64,000 nt of DNA from Octopus sinensis (lineage: Eukaryota), in NCBI RefSeq assembly GCF_006345805.1, contig NC_043000.1, positions 65,844,001-65,908,000 on the forward strand, in the 5' to 3' direction. Shown here piece after piece: positions 1 through 13,098 of this stretch. The first letter of the stretch is position 1; each line of letters opens with the position of its first letter. The notes under the pieces were generated by a model. That model was not told where the DNA came from. It searched no databases and saw only the letters and a list, made by a program, of their open reading frames with translations. The translations under genes and the position numbers were made by a program.

Positions 1-70
1 AACTGTGTTCTTCAGTACAATGAAGGCACACAATACAAATAAGATTGCTCAATAATAATATCAACAACAA

Positions 71-147
<77 letters not shown>

Positions 148-239
148 TTTTGTAACACAGTGTAGGTAAAAATGCACCGGAGTCTTTAGTCACCTGTCAA
201 GTCACAAGGAAATCAGACAAATAATACTTTCCTGCTCGG

Positions 240-520
240 CTGATGGCACTTCTGTGCCTTTAAAATTTATCTCGAACAGGCAAAGCTTCCCGGCAGCACT
301 GCCAGGCCAGAGATTTTTTGAAATTATCCCTTGGTCCTGGGCCGAAAGTTGTCCGGAAAAGAGCGGTCAGTTGATCTTGTTCGACGTCTAAGGTCTCCCC
401 AAGAACGTCGTCGCACTTTTCCTCCATTAATCCTCTATAAAAAGCTAAAGTGAACGTTCCACCTATTGCAGTGTCCGATTGGCTGTGAGCGCTTGAAGAC
501 ATTCTACTTTCCAAATGTTC
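240..520 (-). mobile_element. Tx1/L1-like LINE 3' fragment (zf-RVT region)
   Basis: ORF 260..514 ends DNFKKSLAWQCCREALPVRDKF. It is homologous to 39330-39748, which continues into a CPRC..HAL zinc-knuckle-like motif. Confidence 0.6.
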
Positions 521-616
521 CCCATGGTCTCTAATTTTATAATAGAAGCAAAAAAAAAAAAAAGAAGAGTGCCATTGTTATCAAGTGAACGATATTTCGG
601 CAACTAGTGTGCCTTC

Positions 617-636
617 CAATAATAATAATAAGGATA

Positions 637-710
<74 letters not shown>

Positions 711-742
711 GGTGATGATGATGATGATGATGATGATGATAA
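617..742. repeat. (GAT)n/(GGT)n microsatellite
   Basis: Direct triplet repeats; source of the poly-Ile ORF 537..842. Confidence 0.95.
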
Positions 743-744
743 TT

Positions 745-1885
745 AGACCAAAGCTAGACAGACAACTACTTAGGAACCAATGAACTAGAAACTTTAAAAC
801 ATATACAAATGAAAGAGAAGATGAGGAAGGAACTCTACACATGAGTTAGATTGATACTTAAGACAACTCAATGCGGAAAACAAGATAATAGGTATCAACA
901 CTCTAGCCGTCCCAGTTATAAATTACTACTTCAATAGTCTTAATTGGACTCTAAATGAACTGACCAAACTAGACAGGAAAACAAGAAAAATAATGACAAA
1001 ATCTAGGATGCACCACCCAAAATCTGACCGAATTAAAGGTGGTAGAGGCCTTATAGAACTAGAAAACTATTATAACATAACCACCATAGGACTACAGAAA
1101 TATCCAATTCAGAAACAAAGAAAACTAGTATAAATAGCCACAAAACACAAGCACAACAAAACCTTTTCTGTCTTTAAGGAAGCTGAAAATTACAAGAAAC
1201 AAGTCTTAGTACCTGACAACAATGAAGAAAACAAGGGAACAACGAAAGCTGTAAAACAACTGAAATCCAAACTAAAACTAGAACAACAAAGTATCATGAT
1301 AAAATGATGGCAACAAAAGCACTTACACAGTAAATGTTGGGATAAGCTAAACATTATGGAATGACAACAGAAAAAAGATGGTATAGGCACACACCGGAAA
1401 AGGTCTCAGAAAATGACAAAGCAACCATACTCTGAGATATGCCAATACATACAGAAAGAGGAATCGAGACTAATAGACCGGATATAGTTGTCAGAGATCA
1501 CCAAGAAAAAAATGCCTTCTAATCGATGTATCAACACCAACAGATGAGAATGTACCTCTAACAGAAACGGAGAAACTCAAAATACAAATATCTGGAAATA
1601 GAGGTACCCCGAATGTGGAGCCTAAAAACAGAAACAATTCCTATAGGTGCATTAGGTATGATTAAAAAACATTCAGACAAATACATAACCAAAACTCCAG
1701 AACTTATGAATGTATATAACATACAAAAATAGCCCTACTAAACACTGTGCACATCCTACGTAAAGCACTTTCAATACAGTGAAAATAAGAGCACTACAAC
1801 AAGCCACAGCACATACCCAAGGCACACAAAGCTGCGCTCGGTAGTGCAGTGAAAGCATGCTATAAAAATAATACAACTGAACAAT
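745..1885 (+). mobile_element. R4/Dong-like RLE LINE, 5'-truncated and decayed (family 1)
   Basis: Broken frames give KIIGINTLAVPV, NWTLNELTKLDRKTRKIM and RMHHPKSD, then an RLE region (RPDIV, LIDVSTP, IGALGMIK). The 3' UTR (cacagcacatacccaaggcacac..gctgcgctcggtagtg) ends in (AAT)n. Confidence 0.85.
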
Positions 1886-1926
1886 AATAATAATAACAAT
1901 AATAATAATAGCAACTGCTGCTGCTG

Positions 1927-1988
<62 letters not shown>

Positions 1989-1989
1989 A

Positions 1990-2027
<38 letters not shown>

Positions 2028-2060
2028 ACTTCTACTACTACTACTACTACAGTACTAATA
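1881..2060. repeat. Compound (AAT)/(GCT)/(ACT) triplet microsatellite
   Basis: Direct repeats; source of the poly-V/A ORF 1673..2122. Confidence 0.95.
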
Positions 2061-2084
2061 TGTGCAACAATTGCAATTATTATC

Positions 2085-2390
2085 GGTAACCCAGTCAGAA
2101 TATATTTGGAGACACATAACATAGGAAAGCCGCTCTACATAATCCTGACCATCAAATTTCAACTGAGATATTCATGTAGACCTGTACTTGGCTTAGCAAA
2201 ACGTCAATATAAAAATAATGTGGAGCTTTAACCTACAGACTGACTTCAGACAGAGCATAATAAAGTTGACATCATTCTCCGTGACAAAAATGACAATAGT
2301 ATATTAATTATCGACATAGTTGTACGTAATTACAATAATGTGTGCAGAAACGAATTGAAAAGCAAATTACAGTGGCTTAGCTTTTTAATT
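2085..2390 (+). mobile_element. Old R4/Dong-like RLE-domain fragment
   Basis: Decayed WSFNLQTD..EHNKVDIILRDKNDNSILIIDIVV, matching the PD-(D/E)xK region of the other copies. Confidence 0.55.
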
Positions 2391-2427
2391 AAAAAAAAAC
2401 AACATTATGTCGGTTAGCGAATACAAA

Positions 2428-3302
2428 CGTGCTCTGATCAATAAGTATCCGGACTGTTGCCATAGTAACGAAGCTAAAGTAAGCAGAGTAAAGCCGCTTG
2501 ACACAGATTGACCTTCAACTTTGCTGTGCATGCACACAAAATTTTAAGGTTCTAGCTTACTTCTGCTGTTTACAGCAGTGCTTCGAAGGAAGGTGTGTGA
2601 TCGTAGCATGTGATCGTCGCATCGACCATGACAGAATAAGCTCAGCAGAGAATCTGCATCAAATTTTGCCAAAAGCTTGGTGATACCAGCTCAGAAGGCT
2701 ACGCAAAATATTCAAAAAGTTTTCGTCGTTCTCAACACAATCAAAGAGATCTTGTGCAACTGCAACTCGAGTGTATTCTTGGTCAGCTAAAAGTAGTTAG
2801 GCAGTCACGCATCTCATACCCAAATCTTCAATGAAAATTAACTGAACTGAACCGTAACTAATTTGCACATCCTTTGATAACTCACAGGTGGTGATTCCAC
2901 GATTTCCCCTCATATGCAATGTTTTTCTGAATTCAGCTGGTTACGGGTCTCCCAGAACGTTCATCAATATCGACATTTTTTCGGCCATCTTGGAAACGTC
3001 TGAACCACTAGTACATTTGTGTGCGGTTTATACACTCCTCTCCATACATTTTCTGCAACTTTGCGCGGGCCTCTGAGCAGGTATCGCTATGACAACTTTC
3101 TCTGTTATGGTCAATGCGACGATCACACGCTACACACGTTCCTTCCAAGCACTGCTGTAAACAGTTGAAGTGAACTAGAACGTTAAAACTTAGTGCGCGT
3201 GCACAGGAGAGGTCAAGGTCAATCTTTCCCAAGCGGCTTCGCTCTATATGCTTTAGCTTCATTACTATAGCAACAGTCTGGATACTTATTGATTAGACCT
3301 CG
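2428..3302. mobile_element. Mariner fold-back derivative made of two 5' ends head-to-head
   Basis: About 250 bp diverged inverted arms beginning (ta)cgaggtctaatcaataagtatcc. Both arms carry transposase N-terminal HTH remnants (CIKFCQKLGDT; DTCSEARAKLQKMYGEECINRTQMY..ERSGRP). Confidence 0.8.
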
Positions 3303-3446
3303 TATATCTATCATCTCTATTTCTATATGACAAAATACAATTGATATATAACTACTTCTGTGAGTATATTCGCGAAAATTATCTAAAGGGCTAAACATAG
3401 GTTTGATCCGGACAATTCCACGATGTAAACATTATTTGTGTATTGT

Positions 3447-3667
3447 CAGACGGCAGTGAGATGGCAAACTTTTTAGCATCTTTATCAAAATGTTTTGTGG
3501 CGTTTCTTCAGACTTCACGTTCTGAGTTCAAATGCCACCAAGGTCAACTTTACCTTTCGGTAACGATAAAATAAGTACCAGTTGATGAACTAGGGGTCGA
3601 TGTAATAGACCCTACCCACTTCTCTCAAAATTGCTAGCTCTATGCCAAATTAGAAAGGATTATTAGT
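3447..3667 (+). mobile_element. SINE family A (octopus-type, tRNA-derived-like)
   Basis: acgttctgagttcaaatgccaccaaggtcaactttacc..ataaaataagtaccagtt..ggggtcgatgtaat; many homologous copies in the window. Confidence 0.8.
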
Positions 3668-3689
3668 GCCTTCTCACTTTCTCCTTAAC

Positions 3690-4030
3690 CTTGAGCGTTT
3701 AACCATCCATCTTCTCCGCTCACTTATTCCTCGGAGTGTCGTGGTGGGTAGAGTCCTTAGGCACCTCCGCTATGTTATCCTAACAGAATCAACCGTCATT
3801 AGACTTTCCGACTAGTTTCCCTATCGTAACTACCCGAGACCATGAATGTTATACAACCATCTCGTTCTCGGTCTACCTACTAGGTGGCTCCGCTTGAAGA
3901 TTCCGTCAAACGATTCTTTTCTGCGACAGTCTAACCACATGTCCGTAGTACCACTAAATTCGGGCCCCAACCACCCCACATTCATATCCTTGTCCTACAA
4001 TCTCTTTCACTTTATCCACCATATACAGGA
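3690..4030 (-). mobile_element. RTE-like LINE 3' fragment
   Basis: Minus-strand remnant ..WYYGHVVRL..KRIV.. resembles the RTE C-terminal RLRWYGHV motif; several stops. Confidence 0.45.
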
Positions 4031-4708
4031 AAATTGCCTCCCCTCCCCTGCAAAGGAAGATGGGGTAGCGATCTTCACGACTGATTCGCTTGACTGTTTT
4101 TCGACACAACACCACAACTCAGCAATGTTTGAGCACTGAACGAATGCATGAAGGACGGTTTCTTCGCAGGCTTGGTTTAGGAGACTTGGATGCTTATAGT
4201 ATTTATCACAAAGTAACATCTTCAAGTAGGATTGTAGGCCAAGTTCCCGGTATGAAAATTCCCTGAAAGAGTCTGCTCAGGTGATTTTTGGGGTATCCAC
4301 CTGAACATTGTCGCTCATTTCTTCACCATTTCCCTATAAAATATGAATAGTAACATTTCATCGGTTGCAATGCCCGTCTTGTCGAGCACTTTCAGAGCTT
4401 GACAACATACCAGATGTCCGACTTCCAATCCTAGTCTTCGCTTGACCCAGAGCTGTAACTGCATCAAAGAGACGAGCTACAGACCAAAAAATGCGATTAC
4501 TGCTACTCGCCATAAAAAAAAATCCACAGACACCGCACCCTAAACGCTTGTTGGTTCATCATTCGCTCTCCGTATGAACGTATTGGCAGCAGTCAGAACT
4601 TCGGAAGAGGAAAACCCGTCTTTACACAAGAAACAAAAGCATAGACACTTCTGTCAGGTCAGATGCAATTTGAGGCAAGTAATGGCAGTCAAAAAGCAAA
4701 AATATATA

Positions 4709-5200
4709 ATACAAGGGTGTTTTAGGCCTTCAACCCTTCTACCCGACCATTCAGAAATAATTTCTTTAGACCCGTTTCTGAGTGACACTAATCAGTCTGC
4801 TAGTAACCTCGTCGCAGTTTCTACCTATATCTAACTGAATGTTTGGACCCTCATGGGCCAGATTAGTTGCTTCTCCAAGTGCAGAGTTGTAAACCCAAAG
4901 ATTTATCAAGGTTAATACATACTTTTATTATCACCTTGTTTTCCGAAATGTCCGACAGCAATCTTTCTCTTTAAGAAGATCCGCTACATGTTGTTGAAGA
5001 TTGCTTTGACAATTCCTGTCTAACGCGCTAATCCGTTTCTGGGAGCTTTCAATGTCGGGAATGATGCGTTCTGCTTCTCGTTGCTGAGTCCCATCTATGA
5101 GTTTTATCTAATTTTACTGGACAAATCATAAATTTGTTGTTTGTAATAATCAGAGTAAATATTTGCATCGCGTTCTTCTTAATTGCCTTCAAACTGAAGG
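4709..5200 (-). mobile_element. Highly decayed Tc1/mariner 3' part
   Basis: tacaagggtgttt TIR-like end at 4709 and a DAKIFTL remnant resembling DEKIFT. Confidence 0.35.
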
Positions 5201-5324
5201 TAAAGAATTTTACCAAATATGGAGTATCAATTTCGAATCATTAAAAACTAAATCTATAGCAGCCGCAAAACCTAACACACATTCACATATAACGACCATA
5301 ATCAACTAGCTCAAAGGCATTTGC

Positions 5325-5502
5325 CTACAGTGATCATCTACTCAGCAATTCAGCCTGCTCGAAATAACAGCCAAATCTTTTTCTTATTACATTCTAACAT
5401 TCTTAAAAAAGGGAAAATACATTGGATGATTTGGTCATAAATACACAATGCTGAAAGGATGTTTATCGGTTAGCCAAAGGTAAGCTTGGACTGACCAACA
5501 AC
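5325..5502 (+). mobile_element. SINE-like family B ((AAC)n tail)
   Basis: cctgctcgaaataacagccaaatc..cattggatga..ctgaccaacaac; about 12 homologous copies in the window. Confidence 0.6.
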
Positions 5503-5559
5503 GATACTCACAATGATATCCTCTGATATGGTCGATACCTTCACTCTACATGTGAATAA

Positions 5560-5950
5560 AAATAACTGAACTCTGCCTTAATGGGATAGAAGCAACACTA
5601 TTTGCCACAAATGAACAAGCTATCATTACTATACATATTGAAATAAAAATAATAACAATAATAATTCCTACAGTATAATTGACGGATGCTGTCAATGTGG
5701 TATATTTTCTGAAACGATACACCACATTGTATCTAGATGTTCAATATTAACTTCCATTAAATATACTTGGAACCACAACAACGTTGCAAAACTGCTTTTT
5801 ACTCGCCTGACAACCAAGTTTCAAATCCTTAAAGAAAAAGTTATATTGTACTTGTAACAACACTCCAATGACAGTGAATAGATATGAAGAAACTTTAGCA
5901 TACAGACAGACTTCATGAAAGCACAAAAAATCTAACATCATTTTCCATAA
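5560..5950 (+). mobile_element. Old R4/Dong-like fragment
   Basis: Remnants LFATNEQAI, HIVSRCSIL..WNHNNVAK and NFSIQTD. Confidence 0.5.
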
Positions 5951-5951
5951 C

Positions 5952-6060
5952 AGTGGTTTGAAATTTTGGGACAAATTCGGGAGAGGTGCTTAGTCTATTA
6001 AATCTATCCCAGAGTTCAACTCTTACTTATTTTATGGAACCCCGAACAATGACTGAAACA
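5952..6060 (-). mobile_element. SINE family A 3' part
   Basis: tggtttgaaattttgggacaa..tacttatttat, the reverse complement of the family A tail. Confidence 0.5.
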
Positions 6061-6099
6061 AGTAGAAAAAGGCATGAAAAAAAAAAAAGAAAGAAACTC

Positions 6100-6306
6100 A
6101 ATGTGATTCGCTCAACCTGCTAAAAATAGCAACCAAATAGCACTGATATCAGGACAATTAGGTTGCTATTTTTCGTTTTTAAATATCTTGAACTACATTT
6201 GATACATAATATCTGAAAAAAAAAAAGATGACATGTTCGTAGCCGGAGCACTTTTGATCAAAGATCTACTCGATCAGTACTGACCTGGGGTTAAACATCA
6301 GCAACC
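6100..6306 (+). mobile_element. SINE-like family B
   Basis: ctcaacctgctaaaaatagcaaccaaat..ttttgatcaaag..ctgacctggggttaaacatcagcaac. Confidence 0.65.
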
Positions 6307-6989
6307 TCTTACAAACATGTTTCAAGAAAGTGTATTTACTAAGGCATATAAATGTTACCAAAATGTTCTCACAAATGTTCGTTCACCTTGTATATTGTTA
6401 TGCATGCTCTCCAAGACGTACCTAATTATTTGTGAGATATATATATAAAAAAAAACAATCGCTTCATGTAGCTCTGAAACCATGAATAGTAAACAACAAC
6501 CACAAAATTATTTTATAGTAATTGCAGCTATCAATACAGTAATAATCATAGCATATCACTTTGTTATACTAGACGGGAACGTAACATAATTAGACGAAAT
6601 AGATCGTTAGACTTGAGGCTTATGATACAAATATAAATAAAAACAAAAAAAAGAGGAAAAAAACGGATTACATCTTATTTCCACAAATCAGTCATTCAGT
6701 GATTGTAGTATATTCCACGAAGATAAGATGGCAGAGGATTACTAAATACCAGCAGGCGATTATTGATGTAGCACATTATCTTTGAAATTCACATGAAAAT
6801 TTGCGCTGTGCCTTTGTAGAATATAATAGCACGAAAAGTAATAAATCAATTATCTGATCAGCTACAAAATTTCTCGTAGAAACTGGGTTGAATATTCAAT
6901 AGCAGACAGCTTTGCATTCCAACTAAGCAAGGAGCCGTGTCTATATAAATTGGAAGCAGGTTTAAACAACAACAACAACGCAATTATCT

Positions 6990-7038
6990 TCTGACATATA
7001 TATGTGTGTGTTTACATGTATATCTATCTATCTATCTA

Positions 7039-7077
<39 letters not shown>

Positions 7078-7086
7078 GCGTATATG

Positions 7087-7128
<42 letters not shown>

Positions 7129-7230
7129 TGTATGTATTTATATATGTATATGTGAATGTACGTGTGTGTTTATATATGCATATGTGTGTAATGTGTGCGC
7201 ATAAATGTTTTATGTATATATAAGTATATA
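6990..7230. repeat. (TA)n/(TATG)n compound microsatellite
   Basis: Direct repeats. Confidence 0.95.
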
Positions 7231-7341
7231 CAGCAAGGCATACACTCAAATGCATGCACACAAATACATTGTTTTTAAAAACTACTTCAAAGTGTTACTT
7301 AAAAAATATTACTTAAACAACAACGTAATTTCATGAGTGAC

Positions 7342-7497
7342 AACGACCGCTTCAAACACAGGATTTTAAAATGTTCATGTCTGGTTCTCGTGGGAATAAT
7401 CCAAATGTTTTAAACTTTATATAAAATATAAAGCGCTTGGATTATTCCCACGAGAACCAGAAATAAAAATTTTTAAATCCTGAGTTTGAAGCGGCCG
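7342..7497. repeat. Long inverted repeat / hairpin (MITE-like)
   Basis: Arms of about 60 bp with a perfect 25-bp core tctggttctcgtgggaataatccaa / ttggattattcccacgagaaccaga and a 32-nt AT-rich spacer. Confidence 0.85.
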
Positions 7498-7733
7498 TTT
7501 TTTGCACGTATCTCTTGCAATGTTTTAATTTTAAAAATAGAAAAGGACAGAAGCATTTACTTCATAACAAAGAGCAGATTCAGATTAGCAGCTCAATGGT
7601 CAGAAGCTGTAATTCGAAGTAATTAAATCATGAGCCTTTTCACTTATAATGTATAAAAGATTACTCTGCACCTACCTATAATGTTATGTATGTATGTATG
7701 TATGTATGTATGAACAGAGCTAATCTATTAGCT

Positions 7734-7778
7734 CAGTGGTTCCCAACCTGTGGTCCGCAAAGGCAGTACTGGGGGTCC

Positions 7779-7779
<1 letters not shown>
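7734..7779 (+). mobile_element. hAT (Charlie/Buster-like) terminal remnant
   Basis: cagtggttcccaacctgtggtccgc is a typical hAT TIR start; no partner end seen. Confidence 0.45.
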
Positions 7780-7824
<45 letters not shown>

Positions 7825-7828
<4 letters not shown>

Positions 7829-8670
7829 GTGCGATGGGTAAATTGTCGCCATTCTTTGATTTTTTTAGACTACACAGTATAGTAGGATCAGCTGGGCACC
7901 GTCTGTGAGAAAAACAGCACAATGACGCAATTCACTCTGCCAGAAATTTGGAAACGACATGCTGTACTGTTTGGCATTCGCACTGGAAGCTCCAATACGT
8001 TCAGATGGTGAACACACAGAACAACCGTTGGCTTGCCGTGTCCCCAAAACATGTACCGAGAGTCATAAAAATCAAACATCTAGTCAACATCATGGTGGTT
8101 GGAGTGATCACTAGTGATGGCAATGTTATGCCTCCATTCATCTTCCCACGCGGCTTCAGACTCAACACGGAGGCCTACATCAAGTGCCTGGAGGAGATAG
8201 TACTGTCCTGCGTCAAGAGGGTGGCTGCTGGAAGACGCTATGTCAGGCAACAGGGCTCTGCACAATGCCACACAAGCAGGGGAATCCTGTCAGACAATTT
8301 CTGCGACCACATCACTCCTAACATCTGGCCACCTAACTCCTAAGACTGCAACCCCCTTGATTATTATGTATGAGGCGCAGTTGAGCGAGAGACCAACAAA
8401 ACTCCTTGTAGCACCAAAGATGAACTGAAGACAAGGATTATGGCAGCATTCGCCAACTTAGGCAAGGAGACCGTCCAGAAGAGTTGCAAGAGACTCCGAA
8501 GTTGTCTGGAGACCGTGGTTGAAGCCAATGGCAATTTTATTGAATAAATTTACTCTTTAGTATTTCAATATATTTTTATGTAATTTTGGCAAATATATCT
8601 GTTAAAATGAGACGTCAGGATTATTTTCCTTTTTGCGTAATCTAGATGACAATATATCAACCGTACCCTG
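7825..8670 (+). mobile_element. Internally deleted Tc1/mariner element (DD37D/maT-like)
   Basis: Imperfect TIRs (catggtgcgatgggtaaattgtc / gacaatatatcaaccgtaccctg). Transposase remnant NTQNNRW..VMPPFIFP..RRYVRQQGSAQCHTS..WPPNS*DCNPLDYYV*. Confidence 0.85.
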
Positions 8671-8980
8671 TCTCTTCTATCTTTTCTCTTTTCAAAAAGA
8701 TATTCTCATAACGTTCACTATTTTCTTCCCGTTCGGGTCTAACGACCTGCTATGTTTGTTTTCGTATTCAGTTGTTGAATGAGGAGTAGATACACAGCCG
8801 AAAACTGACGAAGTGTCTTTTCTCTGTGTGTACTTGTCCTGTTCTCCGTTTTTTTCTCGCTTATGTATTTAACCCGTTCGTTTACGCATTTCTTGTTGTT
8901 TGAACCATTGGTGATATCCCATACCCATAAATGCATGTGTATATATATATATAAAATTTACTATTTATATTTTTATATAT

Positions 8981-9232
8981 ACAATTGCAGGGTGGAAGGT
9001 GTTTATAAGCTATTTAAGAAACACACAAAAACCGCTGCAGGGAATTTTGTCAGTGAACAGGTTGCGGTCTCAAAGCGACGAAAATATTTTGACAAATTAA
9101 ATTTAAATGTTGAAGTGAATCTAACGGTTTTTGCGTGTTTCTTAAATGGCTTATAAACACCTTCAACGCTGCAATTGTTTTCGTTCAAACACACCATCTC
9201 AGATCAGATCACTTGCTATGCAAGTACATCTT

Positions 9233-9233
<1 letters not shown>
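8981..9233 (+). mobile_element. Non-coding fold-back element, family F copy 1 (putative PLE-dependent retrozyme)
   Basis: Homologous to 14512-14832. Segment 8981-9034 is an inverted copy of 9125-9178; flanked by TA-rich tracts; contains a hammerhead-like motif. Confidence 0.75.
9046..9096 (+). ncRNA. Minimal type I hammerhead ribozyme, G3:C8 variant
   Basis: Stem I tttgtca/tgacaaa; core GTGAACA plus extra G; stem II gttgc/gcgac; GAAA; palindromic stem III AATATT; H17=U at 9089. Confidence 0.65.
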
Positions 9234-9500
<267 letters not shown>

Positions 9501-9659
9501 TTATATCTATGTTTAGACTAAGCAAAACAAAAGGATACACGTGGGATAAAGAGCTGGCAAAACATGACCATCCCGAAGTATAAAGTATATATATATATAT
9601 ATATACACATAATACATACACACATACATACATACATACATACATACATACATACATAC

Positions 9660-9690
<31 letters not shown>

Positions 9691-9784
9691 CATGGTGGTT
9701 TCCCCCTTGTTATCGAGTATGGCCATTGCACGAAGCTTAATCAATGTTGTTATTGTGCAATGCCTGTGCACGAAGCTTTTTTTT

Positions 9785-10240
9785 AAAGTGAGGAAAGGCT
9801 GTGCACTGAGTCAATCTCACTCACTAAGCAACTGAAGCCATAATCCGAAAAGAAGAACAAGTCAACATCATCGGTAACCACTGAGCCGCAGGTTTTATGT
9901 CGGAGTTATCCCAGTTACCTGAGTTACCTTCTCCTAGAAGGATACCCTAACAAAGGCTAGGAGTCCTTCACTTCCAATGGTTTAACCGCGCGATCGGGTA
10001 TTCAGATTATTTCTATGACCCCGCGCATGATACAGCCTTAAAACATTTATTGGATGGCCATTGACTCTCAAGAGTTCCTCCGCCCTTTGACAGGTTTTGT
10101 TTTTCATCTCGCAGGGTGTCCAATAAACACCCTCCTCACCAAGCAAGCTTTGTGGGGTTACCGGTTTAGTCACCAACGGCCCGACCATGCAACAGGTTGT
10201 ACTGGGTTACATGTTACCAGTAGCACTCGAAAGTGACCTG
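9785..10240 (-). mobile_element. Probable RTE-type LINE 5' UTR fragment
   Basis: Minus strand ccttctaggagaaggtaactc..aaaacctgcggc resembles RTE 5' UTR motifs as I recall them; no coding part seen. Confidence 0.4.
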
Positions 10241-11254
10241 ACATACATACATACATACATACATATATCTATGAAGAAAATGAGCTGAGAGAAATAACTC
10301 AAAGCTGCAGTGGAATGCATATAGACAATATAGACAAATATAAGTCTAACAAATGCAATACAAAATAAATTCTTGATTTATTAAAATAATTTCCACCTCC
10401 AAGGGATATGTTACAATTGCCAAATGGCAATTAACACCAACCCCATTTGAAAGGGAAAGATAATCTCAAGCCTCAAGAATTCTCCAAAGTTTTTGCGCCA
10501 TTAAGGAAAAGGAGAAGCAGTCTCAGGGTTTCAGCTTCAGTAGGCGTCATTCAGCACGAAAATTTCCCGACCTTATTTCCAGCGGCTAAAGGAGATTGAT
10601 TTTTGCAATAAGTTGAATACATATATGGCCTAGATAATTTATGTAATTTATACAAAAATGAACGCAGAGAAAGCTGTGTATACACATATATGTGCATGTG
10701 TGTGTGTGTGTATGTGTATGTATGCATGTGTGTGTGTGTTCACACGCATACACGCAAGTAACAAAATTTAAGCTAAAACCTGTTACTGGTCACGAAGACT
10801 ACTAAATAAATGTATATTTATAGGTATTAAATGCGGCCTGATAAAAATATACTTGGGACAGGAATTCATTATTTTCTACACATGAATTAACACAAAATTT
10901 AAATAATACTAAAGTAGGAGGCATAATTTGAATTTGATCGGCCTCAATAGAAGCTTTTTTTGCAGTAAAACAAAATATAACAAGTATTTACAATATTTCC
11001 CGAGAGATGCTATTTGTACAATTAAAATGTATAATATTCTCGGGGATTACACTTACCAATAAAAATACCACCTATAAGATAACCATCGCTTGCAATTGAG
11101 TTCTAGTTGTGAATTGACTCAAAGCCTGAGCGGGAAGAACATCAAACATATCACAGGAGAAGAGAAGGCTGCAATAACATTGGGCTGACACACTATTTAT
11201 TGACCTCAAAAGAATGAGAGGTAAGGCTAAGCGCAGGAAACAGGTGTGTGTGTG

Positions 11255-11290
<36 letters not shown>

Positions 11291-11625
11291 CAACGCATTC
11301 TAACCAGTGTTCTACCAATTCTGCCAAACAACTGTATACCTGTAAAACAATATATACAAACTCATTCATTTATATATTCCTTGTATATCTTCAAAAATTA
11401 AACAGAAACACAGCTAAGAGACAAAAGGAAAATTCACATACAAGACACGGACGTCTCTCTTTCCACGTCAATACAAACATACCAATTATTAGTATAAATG
11501 TAGATTTTTAATTTGTATATAGAAGCGTATATGTGCATGTATGTATGTATGCATGCATGTATGTATGTATGCAAGCCTACATGCATGTATGCGTTTATGT
11601 ATGTATGAACTTATGTATGTATGTA

Positions 11626-12911
11626 CGAGAGGCGTTCAATAAGAAATGCCCTTGACCCACTTCCCATAGCAGTAGAGCAACGAAACTTGGCACAGTTATT
11701 AGTTTTTTTCTATATAGGAACCACCCAGAGTTAAGCATTTCTCCCATCGTTTGATGCAGCTCTGGAGACCGTTTTTTGTAGAAGACCCCAGCTTGGTCCT
11801 CCAACCACGACGTGACTTCAGAAATCAAGGCTGCATCATCTGTGAAACGCTTTCCTTTCAAAAATAACTTCATGGCTGGGAAGAGGTGAAAATCAGATGG
11901 TGCAAGGTCAGGAGTTCATAGGGGGAGGAGTTCATAGGCGCACGCCTGTGCTTCTGATCTGGCGACACACGAGTTGTGGACCGGAGCGTTGTCCTGCAGG
12001 AGGAGGATGTCTTTGCTGATCTTGCCCCGCCTCTTGATTTTGATAGCTTCTCTTAATTTCCTCAAAAGTGAAGCATAATAGGCTCCTGTAATTGTGGTAC
12101 CATTTGCCAGGAAATCTGTCATCACTACTCCGTCCTGGTCCCAGAAGACAGAGCATGACCTTGCCAGCGGAGGGCTGCACCCTTGCCTTCTTTGGAGGAG
12201 GTGAGTCACGGTACTTCCACTGCATTGACTGGGCTTTGGTCTCTGGATCATAGTGATGAACCCAGGTTTCATCCTGTGTAATCTGTCTTTTGAAAAATTT
12301 TGACTCATCTTCTTGGCACATCTCCAAATTCATCCTCGAGCACTCGACGCGTTCTTGCTTCTGGAAAGGTGTGAGCAACATGGGAATCCATCTGGCAGAC
12401 ACCTTTTGCATATGCAAATGGTCATGAATGATAGTTTCCACAGACCCAGTACTAATCTTGACCTCATGGGCTATTTGGCGAATAGTTATGCGTCGATCTT
12501 CCAAAATGGCAGCCTCAACTTGACGGATAGATGCCTCATCAATGGCAGAAGGGGGGCGACCAGATCCGGGAGCTGTTTCCACAGAGTTTCAACCATGTTT
12601 GAATTCACGATGCCAGCGTTTTACAAGGTCATATGATGGGGCATCATCACCTTAAGTTACTTTCATTTCATTAAAAGTCTCCCGTGGTGTGCGTCCTTTC
12701 AAATACAAAAACCGGATCACTGCTCGACACTCAACAGGCTCCATTTCACACTTGACTCAGTCCAAACACCTGTAAATCAGAAACCACAATTAGTTCAGAG
12801 CTGTAATTTGCCACTTAATCTATATAGATATAAATAATTGCACATGCAAAATTTCAGCTAGATCAAACAACTGCAAGTGGGTCAGAGACATTACTTATTG
12901 AACGTCCCTCG
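11626..12911 (-). mobile_element. Full-length mariner (DD34D), TA target duplications
   Basis: TIRs cgagaggcgttcaataagaaatgcccttgaccc / gggtcagagacattacttattgaacgtccctcg with TA on both sides; 1286 bp. Confidence 0.95.
11650..12740 (-). pseudogene. Mariner transposase pseudogene (frameshifts and stops)
   Basis: GSGRPP, WIPMLLT, QDETWVHHYDPETK, LLQDNAPVH and PDLAPSDFHLFP spread over ORFs 11932..12582, 11916..12308 and 11595..11873. Confidence 0.9.
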
Positions 12912-12931
12912 TATGCATGTATACATGTATG

Positions 12932-12988
<57 letters not shown>

Positions 12989-13098
12989 TATATATATATG
13001 TATACACACACATATGCATATAAATATTATGTATGTGTGTGTGTGTTAGTGTGTGTGTGTGTGTGTGTGTGGTGTGTGTGTGTGTGTGTGTGTGTATA

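Noticed and set aside
8770-8815. Hammerhead-like ttgaatgagg..ccgaaa motif
   Set aside because: Core and stems I/III do not fit without several assumed mutations; at best a dead remnant.
10150-10235. Possible HDV-like ribozyme at the putative RTE 5' end (ggtcact/ggtgact pairing)
   Set aside because: A P1-like helix is possible, but no P3/L3 or P1.1 GG is in the required place.
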